Below, piece after piece: positions 1-13,229 of a stretch of DNA of 64,000 nucleotides; within the stretch, counting starts at the first letter, position 1; each line of letters starts with the position of its first letter. Origin of the DNA: Stegostoma tigrinum (lineage: Eukaryota); assembly GCF_030684315.1 (NCBI RefSeq), contig NC_081396.1, positions 3,720,001 to 3,784,000 on the forward strand. Direction: 5' to 3'. The translations under genes and the position numbers were made by a program. Under the pieces are notes generated by a model. The model was not told where the DNA came from. It made no database searches and saw only the letters and a program-made list of their open reading frames with translations.

Positions 1-299
1 TTTTACCTTTTCTGTAGCAGTCTTGGTTGTGTTTGATAAATCTTCAACAAACTTGAAGATATGAATAATTAGTCACTATCTGAGAGAAAGGATGCAATCA
101 CGTCAAAGAGGGCCAGAGGAGATCTATGGATGATGGTCTGAAGGCTTGTCTCTTTTTTAACGAGGAGAAAAAATTGAAGCGCCTGTGTGGCCCTCAGAAA
201 ACATGCAATTGAGGAGGAATATCGGTGGGGACAATAATAATTCTGAAGTCAGTAATTTAAAGCAAACATCAATTGTAATGTGAAAACATTCAAATCAGA

Positions 300-2060
300 A
301 TTTGCTATTCTTCCAATGGAATTTGTTCTTCCAGTCAATGACATTATGGCGGATTTGATATCCCTCACCTCCACTTTTCAATCCTGTTCTCATAAGCATT
401 GATTCCATCACTAATTCAAAATATGCCCCTTTCACCTATGGAAATACTTAAGAACCAATCTCGAAAATCTTCCATGGTAACGAATTCCACAGATTCACTA
501 CATTCAATTTGAGGAAATTGACTTCTGCCTTAAATTCGTGCCTTTAATTCAGTGATGATTTCCTTATCTACTGAAATCTCACCAATGTGGAAACATTTGT
601 GCATTTCAACTGACAAGTTCCCGGAAGTTAAAACCTGCTTCAATATTTCACTACTAAATTTTCTATATTCCAATTACGACAGGCCAAAAACACACAATCT
701 CCACTCCCAAGACAGACCATCCATCCGCTGGATAAGTGAAGTGAACCTTGTATAGATTGCTTTGTATTTCCGTGTATCTTCCCTCCGAGACGAAGCCCAG
801 AACATCTCACAGTATTCCAGCCTTTGTGTGCCTAGTGCTTGCATAGTTCCACCAAACAGAAATGCCAATCTGGCCGAGCTCCATTTGGAAGCACTTGTCT
901 CATTCCTCCAAACTTTTCCCATTCGCATATCCGCATAGATGTGTTTTATATGTTGTAATTGTAAATGCCTCCACCACTTCCTCTACCAGCGCCACCACAT
1001 CCCCCGCCTCCCCCCCGCCCCGGCCATGACCCCTGCCATGGTGAAAGATTTACACTCTCAGGCCATTTTTAGACGTTTTCCCTGTCACCCGAATACTATA
1101 TCCTGTAGTTTTGGACACGGCCGTCAATGTATAATACTCTTGGTTCTTCACTCTATAAATAGTCCTTATGATGATGTAAATCTCAATAAAGTCACATCAG
1201 CCTCCGATGTGGTGGTGCAGGGTGGGGTGGGGGGGTGCGGTGATGGAATCCCAGCCTATTCAGCACCTGCCTGCAGCTACAAAACTCCAAGTCTGACATC
1301 ATCCTTGTAAATCTTTGCTTCACGTTCTTAAGTGAAACAAATCCTTCCAATCAAATGTCGAAAAGTATTGTGCACAGCATTCCAAAAATGACGTCACGAA
1401 TGTCCTATACAAAAGCAACATGACATCCAAACACCGATATTAAAAGTTATGTCCAAAGAAGTTTTGCGTGCCAAAAGCCTACTTCACCACCCTGCCTCCC
1501 TGCGACTCCAATTTCAAGGAACTATACATCTGCAACCTAGGCATCTTTGTTCAGCAACACTCATCAGGACCCTTCCATTAAGTGAGTAAGTCCTGACATG
1601 CTATGCCTTACCAAATGCAACACCTCACATTTTCTAAATTAATCCACAACTGACACTCACAGAATTGCATTGTCATACAACAAGCAAACAAACTCGACGA
1701 TATAAGCATCCATGCCGGCCATATTCCCAATTTTAATTAGTCCCACATGCCTGCACTTGGCCCTTGTCCCTACAAAAAATTCTTACTCACTTACTCCGAC
1801 AAGTGTTTCTAAATGCTCTAATTTTATCTGTATCAATCAGTGGCTCCACAAACGAACCAGTTTCCCTGCAAAATCAAAGTCATCCTGTCTTCATCCTCTC
1901 ACATTAAAAATATGCCACTCGTCATGCAACACCCACACAGCAGGGGGAAAAAAATACCTGCTATTCACCTGATCGAGATCTTTCATGATTTTACTAAACC
2001 TGTATAAGATCACCCCACAAAAGTCTACGTTTGAGATATAAAAGCTTCAGCATGTCCCAT
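300..2060 (-). mobile_element. Nested 3' fragments of CR1 LINEs
   Basis: Reverse-strand ORF2 C-terminal motifs (ORF 674..928 LEYCEMFW resembles LEYCVQFW) and repeated CR1 3' end text such as gaattccacagattcac and ttaaaaatatgcc. Confidence 0.75.
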
Positions 2061-2079
2061 TAATTCTCTACTCCCACAA

Positions 2080-3912
2080 CATGAGATAGCATTGGGAAAT
2101 GCGACTATGGAGAACGACCAAAAGAATAACAAGCTAGAGACCATAACACCTTAAAGATCACTGAGGCCACTGTGCATGGAACTGCAGGTGGTGGATGAGA
2201 TACTCAACGAGGATTTTGCATCAATGTCACTGTGGAGAAAGTTATACAAGCTGAGGATGTTGGGAAAATAAGGTGCAGTGGCATGAACAATATCCACACT
2301 ACAGAGGAGGATGTGTTGTACCTCTTGAAATAGAATTAACGTTGATAAACCTCCGGGACTCCGTCAGGTTTGGCCCAGAAAATTTTTGGAAAGCTTGGAA
2401 AGTGATTGTTGGGCATCTGGTTGAGATAGCGGCATCATCAATAACGATATCTGAGATGGCGGCATATGGAGTTGAGCCACCATGTTGACATTATGAAAGC
2501 AACGTGGTGAGGAAAAGTCATGGATCTGGAGACAGGATCTATGACTGACATCAATGGTGACCAAGGTGTTGGAGGGGATTCTGAGGGAAAAGCTTAACAT
2601 GCATTTGGAAAGGCAGAAATTGGTTAGAGTATAAAGGATGGCTGAGTCAACGGAGATTCGTTGCTCACGAAATTGATTGACATTCTTGAAGGCACGTGGA
2701 AGAGAATTGAAGAACACAAAGCATAGGATATGGACTCAAATAAGATTTTCGAAAAGGTTCTGCATGGTAGATAGGTTAACAGGTTTAAAGCTCACGGAAT
2801 TCAGGGGAAACTAATCTTTGGGAAACATAAGTTTCTGGAAGATAGGAGACAGTGGATGGTCGTGGACAGATGTTTTTCGGACTGGAGGACTATAACAAGC
2901 GGTGTGCAGCTAAGATTGGAGCTAGATATATTATTTTTTCATCATTTACATAAATGATTTGAAAGTGAATATAGTAGCAATTTTTAGTAAGTTTCCGGAA
3001 ATCACAAAAAATCATCATGAAATGGACAACCAAGAAGCTGAACTTCGGGTGCAATCAATATGTCATCGAATGGGACAATGGTCCACAAAGTTACAGATGG
3101 AACAAAGTTCGGTATATTTGTGTTGCTACATTTTGTTAGCACAAATCAGGTCATGACTCATATACTTAAAGTCCTTGGGAGTGTTGCCAAACAAACATAC
3201 CCTGGACTGCAGTTTTGCATTTGCTCAAAAGTGGAATAACATGTAAGGCAGGGCCGTGAGTCGGGCGTTTATTGTGCTTGCCTTTGCTGATAAGTGCACC
3301 GAGGATGGGAAATGGGACGTCATATTGTCGTTGCATAGCTGTACCAGACATTGTTTCAGCCACTTTTGGATTGTGCACTTATTGCTGACTCCCTGCCTCA
3401 GGAACGATGCAATTGAATTGAAAATTTTCAGAGAGGAGGTAGAAGTTTTTTTGCTAAGTTTGGAGAATTCTAGCGATAGGGAGAGACCGAATAGTCCGGT
3501 ATAACTTTACCTGAAGTGTCGAAAGCTGAGTTGTGATCTAATAGAAGTTTGTAAAATCATAAGGGTCACGGATAGGGTGACGAGCCAAGATATGATTTTT
3601 TTTTCAAGTGGAGACCAACACGAGTGGGCATTGGTTGAATTTGACAGCAGAAGGATTTTGAAAAGACATAATGGGCAAATGCTCCATGGGAAGGATGTTG
3701 AATGCATGGAATGAAGTGCCAGACGATGTGGGAGAGGCAGGTACAATTACAATACTGAAAATCACCTGGATGCAGGCATGAAGTTGAAGGGTTTTCACAG
3801 GGATATGGGCAAAATGATAGAAACTGAGGCTAGATTAATTTAGGACATCTCATTGGCATTGACAAATTTGATGGAAGAGTTTATTTCTATGGTTTACGTC
3901 GTTATGGCTCTA
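2080..3912 (+). mobile_element. CR1 LINE, 5'-truncated decayed ORF2 (RT region to 3' tail)
   Basis: Decayed RT segments with many stops; the element ends in the CR1-type tail gttatggctctat. Confidence 0.8.
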
Positions 3913-4259
3913 TCCAGCCTCTCCCTGTGAGGCTTACCTTCCATGCTAATGAATCATTCCTGAGCATGCTCCAACCGAATAGTATCCTTCTCATAACCGT
4001 TTCACATATATTTCAAGGTACAGCCTGATGATACAGTCATCAGTTAACTGCAACTTGCCCTCAGTATTGATGCTGTAACCGACAAGTTATACGGTTTTAG
4101 GTTAAACATGGACAAAGAAAGGAACTTCTGATTACAATGTGTCATCTTCCTTTGGCTGATGAATAAGTCCTCCTCCACGTTGAACAGCATTTGGGTTAAG
4201 CACCGAAGGTGTCAAGGAAGCAGAATGTATTTGGGGAAGGGGAATTCAATGCGCACTAC

Positions 4260-5030
4260 TAGGCATGGCCACACTCCTGTGCGAGTTGCTCCGGTCCTGA
4301 CTGACAGAGATGTTAGACTGGGCCTGACGCAGCTGGTGATGGAAGCAACAAGAGGGAAAATATATGTTTGAACTTACCCTTACTTCTATTTGGCTGCACA
4401 AAATATAATAAGAAAAATGATAACCAGACAACCGTTGTGGAGAGCAAGTCTCAAGTTCATATTGAGGAAACTCTCCATTGTGTTGTTCGGCACTCTCGGC
4501 GTTCTAAATGGCTTAGATAAAGTAACACAGCTCTTGGCAATAATGAGGTCATTGGGCCATCAAAATAATCAGAATTATTTTCCAGTGCAATGTGCAACCT
4601 CATAGTGCTGCATATTGCTCTCTCAGAAATTATCGCCAAGAGAGGGCATCAGTCCCGGTTTAATGGAAAGTACAGGATGCCATTCCTGGAACAGCAATAG
4701 AGAAGAGATTTTAACATGGTGAAGCTACCACAGAGGGACTATGATGATGTCAAACAGCATAAACAGCACTTGATGAACATGGCTGAGTGAACATGCAACT
4801 AACAGATCAGGTCTAAACTGTGTCATGACGCGACATCAAGTCATGATGTGAGATGGATAATTAAATAACACATTGGAGAAACAAGCTCCACAGATATTGC
4901 CATCTTCAACGATGGAAGAGCCAACACATCAATGCAAATGTTAAGGATGAAGAATTAACAGCAATCATCAGCCAGAAGTGTCAAGTTAACGATGCATCAT
5001 GACACCCTCTTGTGCTCGACACCTGTGCAA
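4260..5030 (+). mobile_element. Non-LTR retrotransposon fragment (second LINE family, region between EN and RT)
   Basis: The frame VLTDRDVRLGLTQLVMEATRGK resembles LINE endonuclease C-termini; catcttcaacgatggaagagcc...cagccagaagtgtcaagt resembles a common shark LINE. Confidence 0.55.
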
Positions 5031-5189
5031 GGGTCACTGGTCCAGAATCGCCAAAACTGCCTTTCCTTTTTCACAGATGCTGTCAGACCTATGGGCTTTT
5101 CCAAAAACTTTGTTTTTCTTCCTGATTTACAGCTTTCACAGTTCTTTCGGATTTTTTTAAAGTAGGAAGTCCACTGATCCGTGAAATTT

Positions 5190-5465
5190 GAATTAAAGGA
5201 AAGCCAGGAATGAAAAAGTGAAGTCTAATGGCAACAATATAACCAGAGTCAATCGAAAATAAAAGATTATCCTGTTTTACCATGTCAACTAACAAGTAAA
5301 TCTGTCAGCATTACTTGGTCTGGCCTTCATGTGACTCGAGATGCACAGTAATGTAATTGCCTGCCTTCTGGAGTGGCAGTGGCAAACTAATCAATGGGCG
5401 ATTTGGGATAAGAACACATTCTTGCCGGACCAGTAATGTCGACATTCCACAAATTAATAAAATAA
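5190..5465 (+). mobile_element. Deu-type (SacSINE1-like) SINE, 3' part
   Basis: ttacttggtctggccttcatgtgactc...gggcgatttgggataag followed by an A-rich tail. Confidence 0.7.
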
Positions 5466-7299
5466 AATATGAACGTCACTAAAACTCACTAAACAATATC
5501 AAATAATTTAAATTGCTGTGGCAGGTCCTATTGGCCTTTCAAGCATTTTTAATGAAAATTCTAACACCAGCTTTGAGCTATGTTGAGTTCTTGAATATGT
5601 TCTGGTCAAAACGGATTGAAGTGTAATGAAAAGAATGTTCAAAATAAATCCAGTTGCACAGAAGCGTTTCCTTGACTGTGGCTTCATTACATCTATGATT
5701 GAATTTCTAACCTAAATTAAACTTATAAAATTCATGCTTATCGTTTGGAAATAAATAACATCTACTGCATTTAATGTGCAAGAAATTTGTATTCATTTCT
5801 GCTAACTGTCAACTTTCTTAAAATAAACTTGTTTTGATTTGAAACTTTCTGATAAAAAGTTTCAATCATTTGCATTTGTCTCCATCAGCACTTGTTTGAA
5901 ACCATTGAACCGTTTATGTAAATATATACAGAAATAGAACTCTCAGAATAGATTATAGAGCAAGAAAAACACAATTTATCCTTTCCCACAATCACAGCAC
6001 ACTCGTCAAACACCAATTGACGTGAATGCTTTTTTATACATATTGTTTTATGAGTGGACAATCAAATGATACTAATATTCACGGTTAGCGAAAATATGCA
6101 TCTTGAATTGCAAGATAGATTGGCACAGCCAATGTTTCTGTCTCTGTCTATGTCTGTCTTTCTTTCGCTCTTCCTATCCGGTTTTCTCTCCTTCATTTTT
6201 TTGCCACTTGACGATGTGTTCTGCTGCTCCACCATGGAAAATGTTTTCCTCCATAACATGAAGTCAACACACAACTGACACATACTCTCAGTCCAACTAA
6301 TGCGTCAGCATTTGAGTCTCTTGAGGAAGGTTTTCTCAAAAATCTGTCTCTGTGAATCCAGCAATCTGGAATTGCTCAACGATAACGGATGGAGTGGTCT
6401 TTAAACAAGATCTAGTACATGATGTATCGAGATTGTGAGGCTTTACTGTGATAGTGTTGAAATGGCTTTTCGTTGTGTCTCACCAGTATTTCTCAGGGGT
6501 GAGGAATGTTAGAATGCAATACACGTTGAATCTATTATTAATCTTTATTGCACATCTCAAGGAATGTTGAAAAATAAAGTGAAGTGGGTATTTACTCCCC
6601 AACGGGAGTGTGGCATACATGCCCAAGGAGTGTTAGTGTTGAAAGGAATGTTGAATGGAGTTCGACACTGCGCCTAAATCAGACTATATTTGACTTGATA
6701 ATGTTAATTTGAATAAAATAGAGGAATATTTCTTCTGAACTTACTGAGTCTGTGCAATCACTGCCAACATCTGATGCAACAATACAAAGAATTCTTTAAC
6801 TCACAACATTGTTTTCCTGATTTCGCATTGTTTGATATCAGAGACAACAGGGACAAATTCCCGCATCAATCGTTTGCATTACAGATTTCTGTCTTATATT
6901 TGTAGAGCTAAATAATATATGATATGTGTAACATGTATACATCCAATTCCTCAAGGCCAATCGTGTGTGTCAGAGGGGAAGTTTATATCATTTGAATCTG
7001 CCTTGAAACTTATTTCTTTGTTTTGCTTTGTTCGACAAATATTCAACAACAGTAAAGATGTATAGGTTTAGTTGTTACGTTTGAGATAGGATACAATCAC
7101 ACAAAGTGGAGAGTGAAGATCTATGGACGATGTTATGGAGAGATTTTTTTTCACGAGGAAATGAGCGTGAAGTGCGTTGGCTGTTCTTGTAAAACATGAA
7201 TCTCAGGGTAAACATGAAAGAGGTGTATACTAATTCTCACTGACCAACTTAGAGCAAATGTCACTTGTAATGCCAGAAGAATTGCAACCAGAAGTAAGC

Positions 7300-10160
7300 A
7301 CTCTACCGATGGAGATTGTTCTTCCATTCAATGACATCATGTTTGAATATTCAATCCTCACCTCCATATTTCAGCCTTGTCCTCGCGTGCGTTGATTCCA
7401 TCACCAATTAAAAATCTGTTCTTTTCGCCTTTGAAAATACATTACAAACCAGACACAACATTCTTCCCTGATGAAGAATTCCACAGATTCAAGGCATTTT
7501 TGGAGAAGAAATTCTCGTCTGCCTTAAATTTGTGACCTCTAATTCAGAAACCATATCCTTTGCTCCTAAACTCTCTCAAAAAGGAAATAACATTTCTAAA
7601 ACGATACTGTTCCTTCAAAATAATACATCTTTCATTGCGTCACCATGCAGTATTCTACAGTGCGTTGAGAACCGGCCCTGAAATACTCAATCTTCACTCA
7701 CAAGACAGTCCCTACATCCTTGGGATCATTCGACTGAATCAAATGCCGATTATCTCGCATAATAACAAAGTGTGAAGCTGGATAACCACAGCAGGCCAAG
7801 CAGCATCTCAGGTGCACAAAAGCTGATGATTCGGTCCGAGACCCATCATCAGAGCTCGAGGCCCGAAACGTCAGCATTTGTGCTCCAAGAGATGCTGCTT
7901 GGCCTGCTGTGTTCACCCAGCTTCACACTTTGTTTTCTTGGATTCTCCAGCATTTGCAGTTCCCATTATCTCCGATTATCTCACATTCGACTGCATCTTC
8001 TCTTCGACACAAAGCTCAAAGCAAGTCCCAGCATTCCATCTGTTTTGTGATGGGTGCTTGCGTAGCTTTAATAAGGTGTATAATTTCATAGAATTGTACT
8101 GCCCGAGAAAACCTTTCAGTCCAACTTATTTGCACCGAGTAGAGATCCCAAGCTAACTTAGTATGGCTTGGAAGCATTTGGTCCACATTCCTCGAAATTC
8201 TTCGCATTCACAGACTCATCCAGGTTCATTGTAAATGTTGTTATTCTATGTATCTGCATCATTTCCTCTGACAGCCCGTTCCACAGATGCTGCACCCTCT
8301 GCGTGAGAAAAAAACCCTGTAGATCCTTTTTACACATTCCCCTCCCACCTTAATCAAATAATCTCGAGTTTCGGGCTCACGCACACCAAAAGGAGTCCTT
8401 GGAGATTCAACCAATCAAAGCCCCTTGAGATTTACAAATTTCAATAAGGTCATCTCTCAGCCTCCGATTCTGCAGGGAAAATGTCTATTCAGCCCCTGCC
8501 GACAGAAAAAATACTCCAGTTCCAGCACCATCCATGCGAATCATTGCTTCATTGTCTCAAATTCCTCTATTTTGACAAAACCCTCCCGATATAATTCCCA
8601 CTACAATTGTGTGAAGTATTCCAAAAGTGCCCACATGAATGTCCTATGTAGTTGCAACATGACATCACAACTCCTGCACTAAAGTTCTGACCAATGAAGC
8701 CAGATGTGCCAAATGTCTTCTTCTCCTTACAGCACAGAAACAAATTTGCCAGACCGATCATTCCTGAAGATCATAACTCCAGTGTAAAGACATGCAGACA
8801 CTTGGCCAATGTCCGTCCAAACCTTTCTTATTCACGTTCTCGTCCAAATGTTTCCAAATCTTTTAACTGTGCTTGTATCGACAACTTCCTCTGGAAGTTC
8901 TTTCCACAAATGAACCAATCTCTGTGTTAAAGAAAATGCCCTCGTGAGGTTTCTAAATCTTTATTCTCAAACCTTAAAAATATGCAAATTGGTCTTGAAA
9001 CACACCAAAAAAGGGAAAATATACCTATTGTTCACCTTATCTACACAGGTCATGATTTATATTTAAAAAAAACAACCTGTAAGATCACCCCTCAAACATC
9101 TACAGTCGAGAGATAAAAGCCACAATCTATTCAACTCCTCCTTATATCAAAATCTGCAGTTCCAGAAAATGAGATAGCTTTGGCAAAAAGTTTTTCAGGA
9201 GAATACAGGGTGATTTTACAAATACATTCAGGACACCAGATTAACTGATGAGACATTAGGACCTTAAAGTTCAGCAAGGCCATCTATGTGTAGAGCCGCA
9301 GATGAGGGTCAGAAGAAGGTTGCCAAATTTGCAGGGTTTCAACTACAAGGACAGTCTGAATAGGCTGGGAGTATCTTCTGTGGAACTGCAGAGGCTGAGG
9401 GGTGAACTTACAAATGTTTACGAAAGCATGACGCAGATGTGGATCATGAATAGCCAACGTCGTTTCCCCGCTGTAAGAGTGTGAAACAAAACAAACAAAT
9501 GATGTAAGTTAAGTTTCAGTTGGGAGCACACAGATTTGGAAGCCACTAAAGGAGCAACTCTTACCCGCAGAAGTGGTGCATGGACTGAATGAACTGCTGG
9601 AGGAAGTGATTGAAGCTGGTGTCATTGAAACAGATAAAATGTGTCAGAATTGAGAGATAATAAGACTGTTTCAAATGGATGTAGGCGAAATGCTGGCAAA
9701 GAGACTCGATTAATTTAGAATATTTGATCAGCACAGACGAACTGGACTGAAGTGTCTGCTTCTGTGTTGTCCATTTTTATCAATCTATGACTTTATACTG
9801 TCTCTCCCTATAATTCAAATCTTCAGTTCCCACAATATCCTGATAAATCTTTTCTGCATCCTCTCCAGCTTGATAACATACTTCCTATAATAGGGCGACT
9901 AGAGCTGGATACAGTCCGGCAGAAGGGTCCTCATCAATCTCCCACAGAAACTCAATATCGATTTGTGACTCTGATATTCAACAGTCTGCGAAATGAAGGT
10001 ATGCATGCTGAACGCCTTCTAAACCATTCCGACAACATGTGAAGCAAACTTCAAAGAATAAGTCTCTTGGTATTAAAATACTACATAAAGCACCAGCGAC
10101 ACTTAAAAAAATGCCATGACTCAGTTGTTTTACCAAAGCACAACACATCACATTGAAATA
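7300..10160 (-). mobile_element. Nested CR1 3' fragments, interrupted by a plus-strand CR1 at about 9310-9795
   Basis: CR1 C-terminal motifs; ORF 9302..9484 YKDSLNRLGVSSVELQRLRGELTNVY for the plus-strand copy. Confidence 0.75.
7761..7971. mobile_element. Penelope-derived fold-back element with 15-bp target-site duplication
   Basis: Inverted arms aacaaagtgtgaagctgg...ccagcttcacactttgtt; TSD CCGATTATCTC(G/A)CAT at 7746-7760 and 7972-7986; absent from the paralog near 61690. Confidence 0.85.
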
Positions 10161-10164
10161 AAAC

Positions 10165-13050
10165 GAACATGGAACATAGAACAGCACAGCACATTACAGG
10201 CTCTTCAGCCCGTGATGTGGTGGTGACCTGTTATACCACTAAGATCAATCTACTCTGCATACCCTCCATTTTATTCTCCTGTATGCACCTATCCAAGAGT
10301 GGCTCAGAAGTTTCCAGAGTGTCTGTCTCCACTACCACTGTTGGAAGCAAATTCTACATGCTCACCACTCTCCATGTGAGAAATTACCTCTGATGTCTTT
10401 CTTACCTCCCTCCAATCGCCTTCAAATTATGTCCCCTCATAATAATAATTTTCCCCATTTGAAAAATAAAATGTCTCTGACTATCCACTCTATCTGTGCA
10501 TCCCATCACCTTGTCTAGCTCTATTAAGTCACCTCTCGTACTGCCTCACTTCAATGGAAAAAAAGCCCCAGCACCTTCAAACTTTCATCATAAGATCTGG
10601 CCACCAGTCCTGGCAGCATCCTGGTAAACCTCCTCTGCACCCTCTCTGAAGCTTCCACTTCTCACCAGTGATGAGGTGGACCTGAAATGAACACAATACT
10701 CCAAATGTTGTCCAAACAGAATTTTACACAGTTGCAGCATAACCTAACAGTTCTTGAACACTAGCCCACTGTCAATGAACACGAATACATCAAAAACCTC
10801 TTTGTAACCCTATCAATTTAATAGCAACTTTGAGGGATCAATGGACGTTGGCCCCAATATCCCTCTGTTCCTCCACACTGCTGAGTATCCGGTCATTATG
10901 CTTGTTATCTGCATTTAAATCCTATCTTCCAAAATGAATTATTTCACACTTTACTGGTTTGAATTCCATCTACCATTTCCTTGCCCAGCTCTGCATTCTG
11001 TCAATGTCTCGTCCCAACGACAACAGCCCTCCATGCATTCCACAATCCACCAACCTTCGTATCATCGCCAAATTTATTAAGCCACCCTTCCACTTCCTCA
11101 TCCAAGCCATTTGTAATGATCATAAAGAGCAGATCTCCCACATCAGATCCCTGGGGAACACCACTGGTCACCGAGCTCCAGGCTGAATACTTTCCATCTC
11201 CGAAAATATTCTGACTATGTCTCATCAGTTTTGGCTATTCCGGATGCATGCAAATCCCATCCCACAGAATCCAACAACTCACCCATTACTGCCTTCAGGC
11301 TCACCAGTCTGTAGTTCCTTAGATTCTTCATCTTGTCTTTCCTATTTAAATAGCAGCACCACAGGAGCCACACTCCAGTCTTCCTGAACCTCACCTGTGG
11401 CTGTCGATGGTATGAGTATCTCAGTCAAGGGCCTCAAAATCTCTTCCCCAGATTCACATTAAGCTCTAGGGAGCACGTTATCATTTCCCTAGTTTCCCAG
11501 CTCCCGAGTTTCCAATCGTCTCTCCAGAGTAAATTCCGACGCAAAATATTCGTGTAGAACCTCACCCATCTCCCTTGGTTCCACGCATAGACGGCCACGT
11601 TGATCTTTAAGGGTCTCTATTTTTTCCCGAGTCACTGAATTGCCCGTAATGCAATCAAAGAAACACTGAGATTCTCGTTATCTCCATTTATCAGTCGGTC
11701 TAATGTCCACCTTTGCCCTACCAAGATGCCTCTCAGGTATACTATTTCTGCAATTACACTCTTCTCAATATACACTCGATCCAAGCTATCCATATCTCAT
11801 GATTGCCTTCCTTTAGCATGCTAGAGACACAAATTCTCTACTCATCCAGCATTCCCTACTCCAACAGCCTTACCCTTTGCAGAAATAGGTATGTCCTGGA
11901 GCTGAACTGCCGTTATCTCATCCTTAACGTTCTCCGACTTCCCAATCATTCCTTTAAATTTGAATATCTTCTCTCAATCAATTTCGCACAGCTCCTGCCT
12001 CAAGCTATCAAAATTGTCCTCACTCTAATTCAGAATATTATTTTTTGCGCAGTTCTCTCGTTTCCCCTAATTCTTTTAAAACCGATATAATTATAGTCAC
12101 TAGCCCCAAAGTTACCCTCCACATAGACAATAGTCAATTGCCCTGCATTACTTCGAAACAGAACGTCAAGGAAAAAAAAAATCTCCAGTTGGTACAACCA
12201 CGTATTGAATAAGAACGTTTTCTTGTGAACAGTGCCAATTTCCTCCACGTCCAAGCTCTCAACTGTGTGACAGTCTCATTCTGTGTTTGGAAAGTTAAAA
12301 CCCTCTCCCATTATGCTATTTTTCTTACAGATATCCGAGATCAGCTCGCATATTTGCTTCTGATTTTCCCACACACTGTTGGGAGGCCTCTAACACAAAC
12401 CAAATAAGATGACCATCCTTCTCTCATTTTAAAATTGACCCACATGACTTCACTAGCCGGTTTCACAGCAATACCTCCACTTTGTATAACTGTAACGTTC
12501 TCACAAAATAAAAGCGCCACTCCCCCTTCTGACTTGCTTCCCATTGTCTCCTTCCTATAGACGTACCCCTGGAATATCAACTGCCAGTCCTGTCCATTTC
12601 TGACGCAGTTTTTCTAATTGCAATCTTCCCGATCATACCTGAAGCCTATCTGTATTCTCTGTCAGTGCTGTTGCTTTCAAATAACAATGGTTTAATTAAT
12701 TCGTCTTACTTTGTCTTTGGCAATGTCTTGTCGTTATTGACTATTTAATTGCTCATATTATCTACTGTATTGGTTTCAGACTTAATCTTTTCTTCCTATT
12801 GCTTTGGTTCCCACCACTGCCATACCATTCCCCCAACTAACTTAAAGCCTCACAAACAGTGTAAACGCATACCCCCTCAAGGATATTGGTTGTCTTCCAT
12901 TTCGGCTGGAAACCTTCCCTCTTACACAGATCATTTGTACCACTGAAGAGATCCCAACGGTCCAAAAAATGCAAAACTTGTCCCCTGCATGACATCGTCA
13001 GCCACACAATCATATGCCCTATTCTTCTACTCCTACTCTCAAAGTTACAT
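10165..13050 (-). mobile_element. CR1 LINE, long, internally deleted
   Basis: ORF 11001..11225 WSSVTSGVPQGS...KFGDDTKVGG (RT core); ORF 12341..12580 GGVALL (endonuclease); (aacatag)n tail at 10165. Confidence 0.9.
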
Positions 13051-13229
13051 TAGATAGGAAATAAAGCCTAACACGAATTTCGCCTTCCTTATAAGTGATT
13101 GTTCAATTTTTAAAAAGTTAGATTTTCTTGTGATTTAAGAACGAGCACACGCAAATCTGTTGTGTTGATTTCTCAATTTATTTTTATTTAAATAATACTT
13201 AACCGTTATATTTTTGCTCTCAAACTGCA

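Larger units (their letters stand above)
5060..10934. repeat. Segmental duplication copy A (paralog 59540-64000)
   Basis: Collinear match including non-repetitive stretches, e.g. cagaaatagaactctcagaatagatta and gagtctcttgaggaaggttttctc in both copies; roughly 80% identity by eye. Confidence 0.95.

Noticed and set aside
6240-6420. Well-conserved stretch in both duplicate copies as a possible exon
   Set aside because: Stops interrupt the plausible frames in both copies
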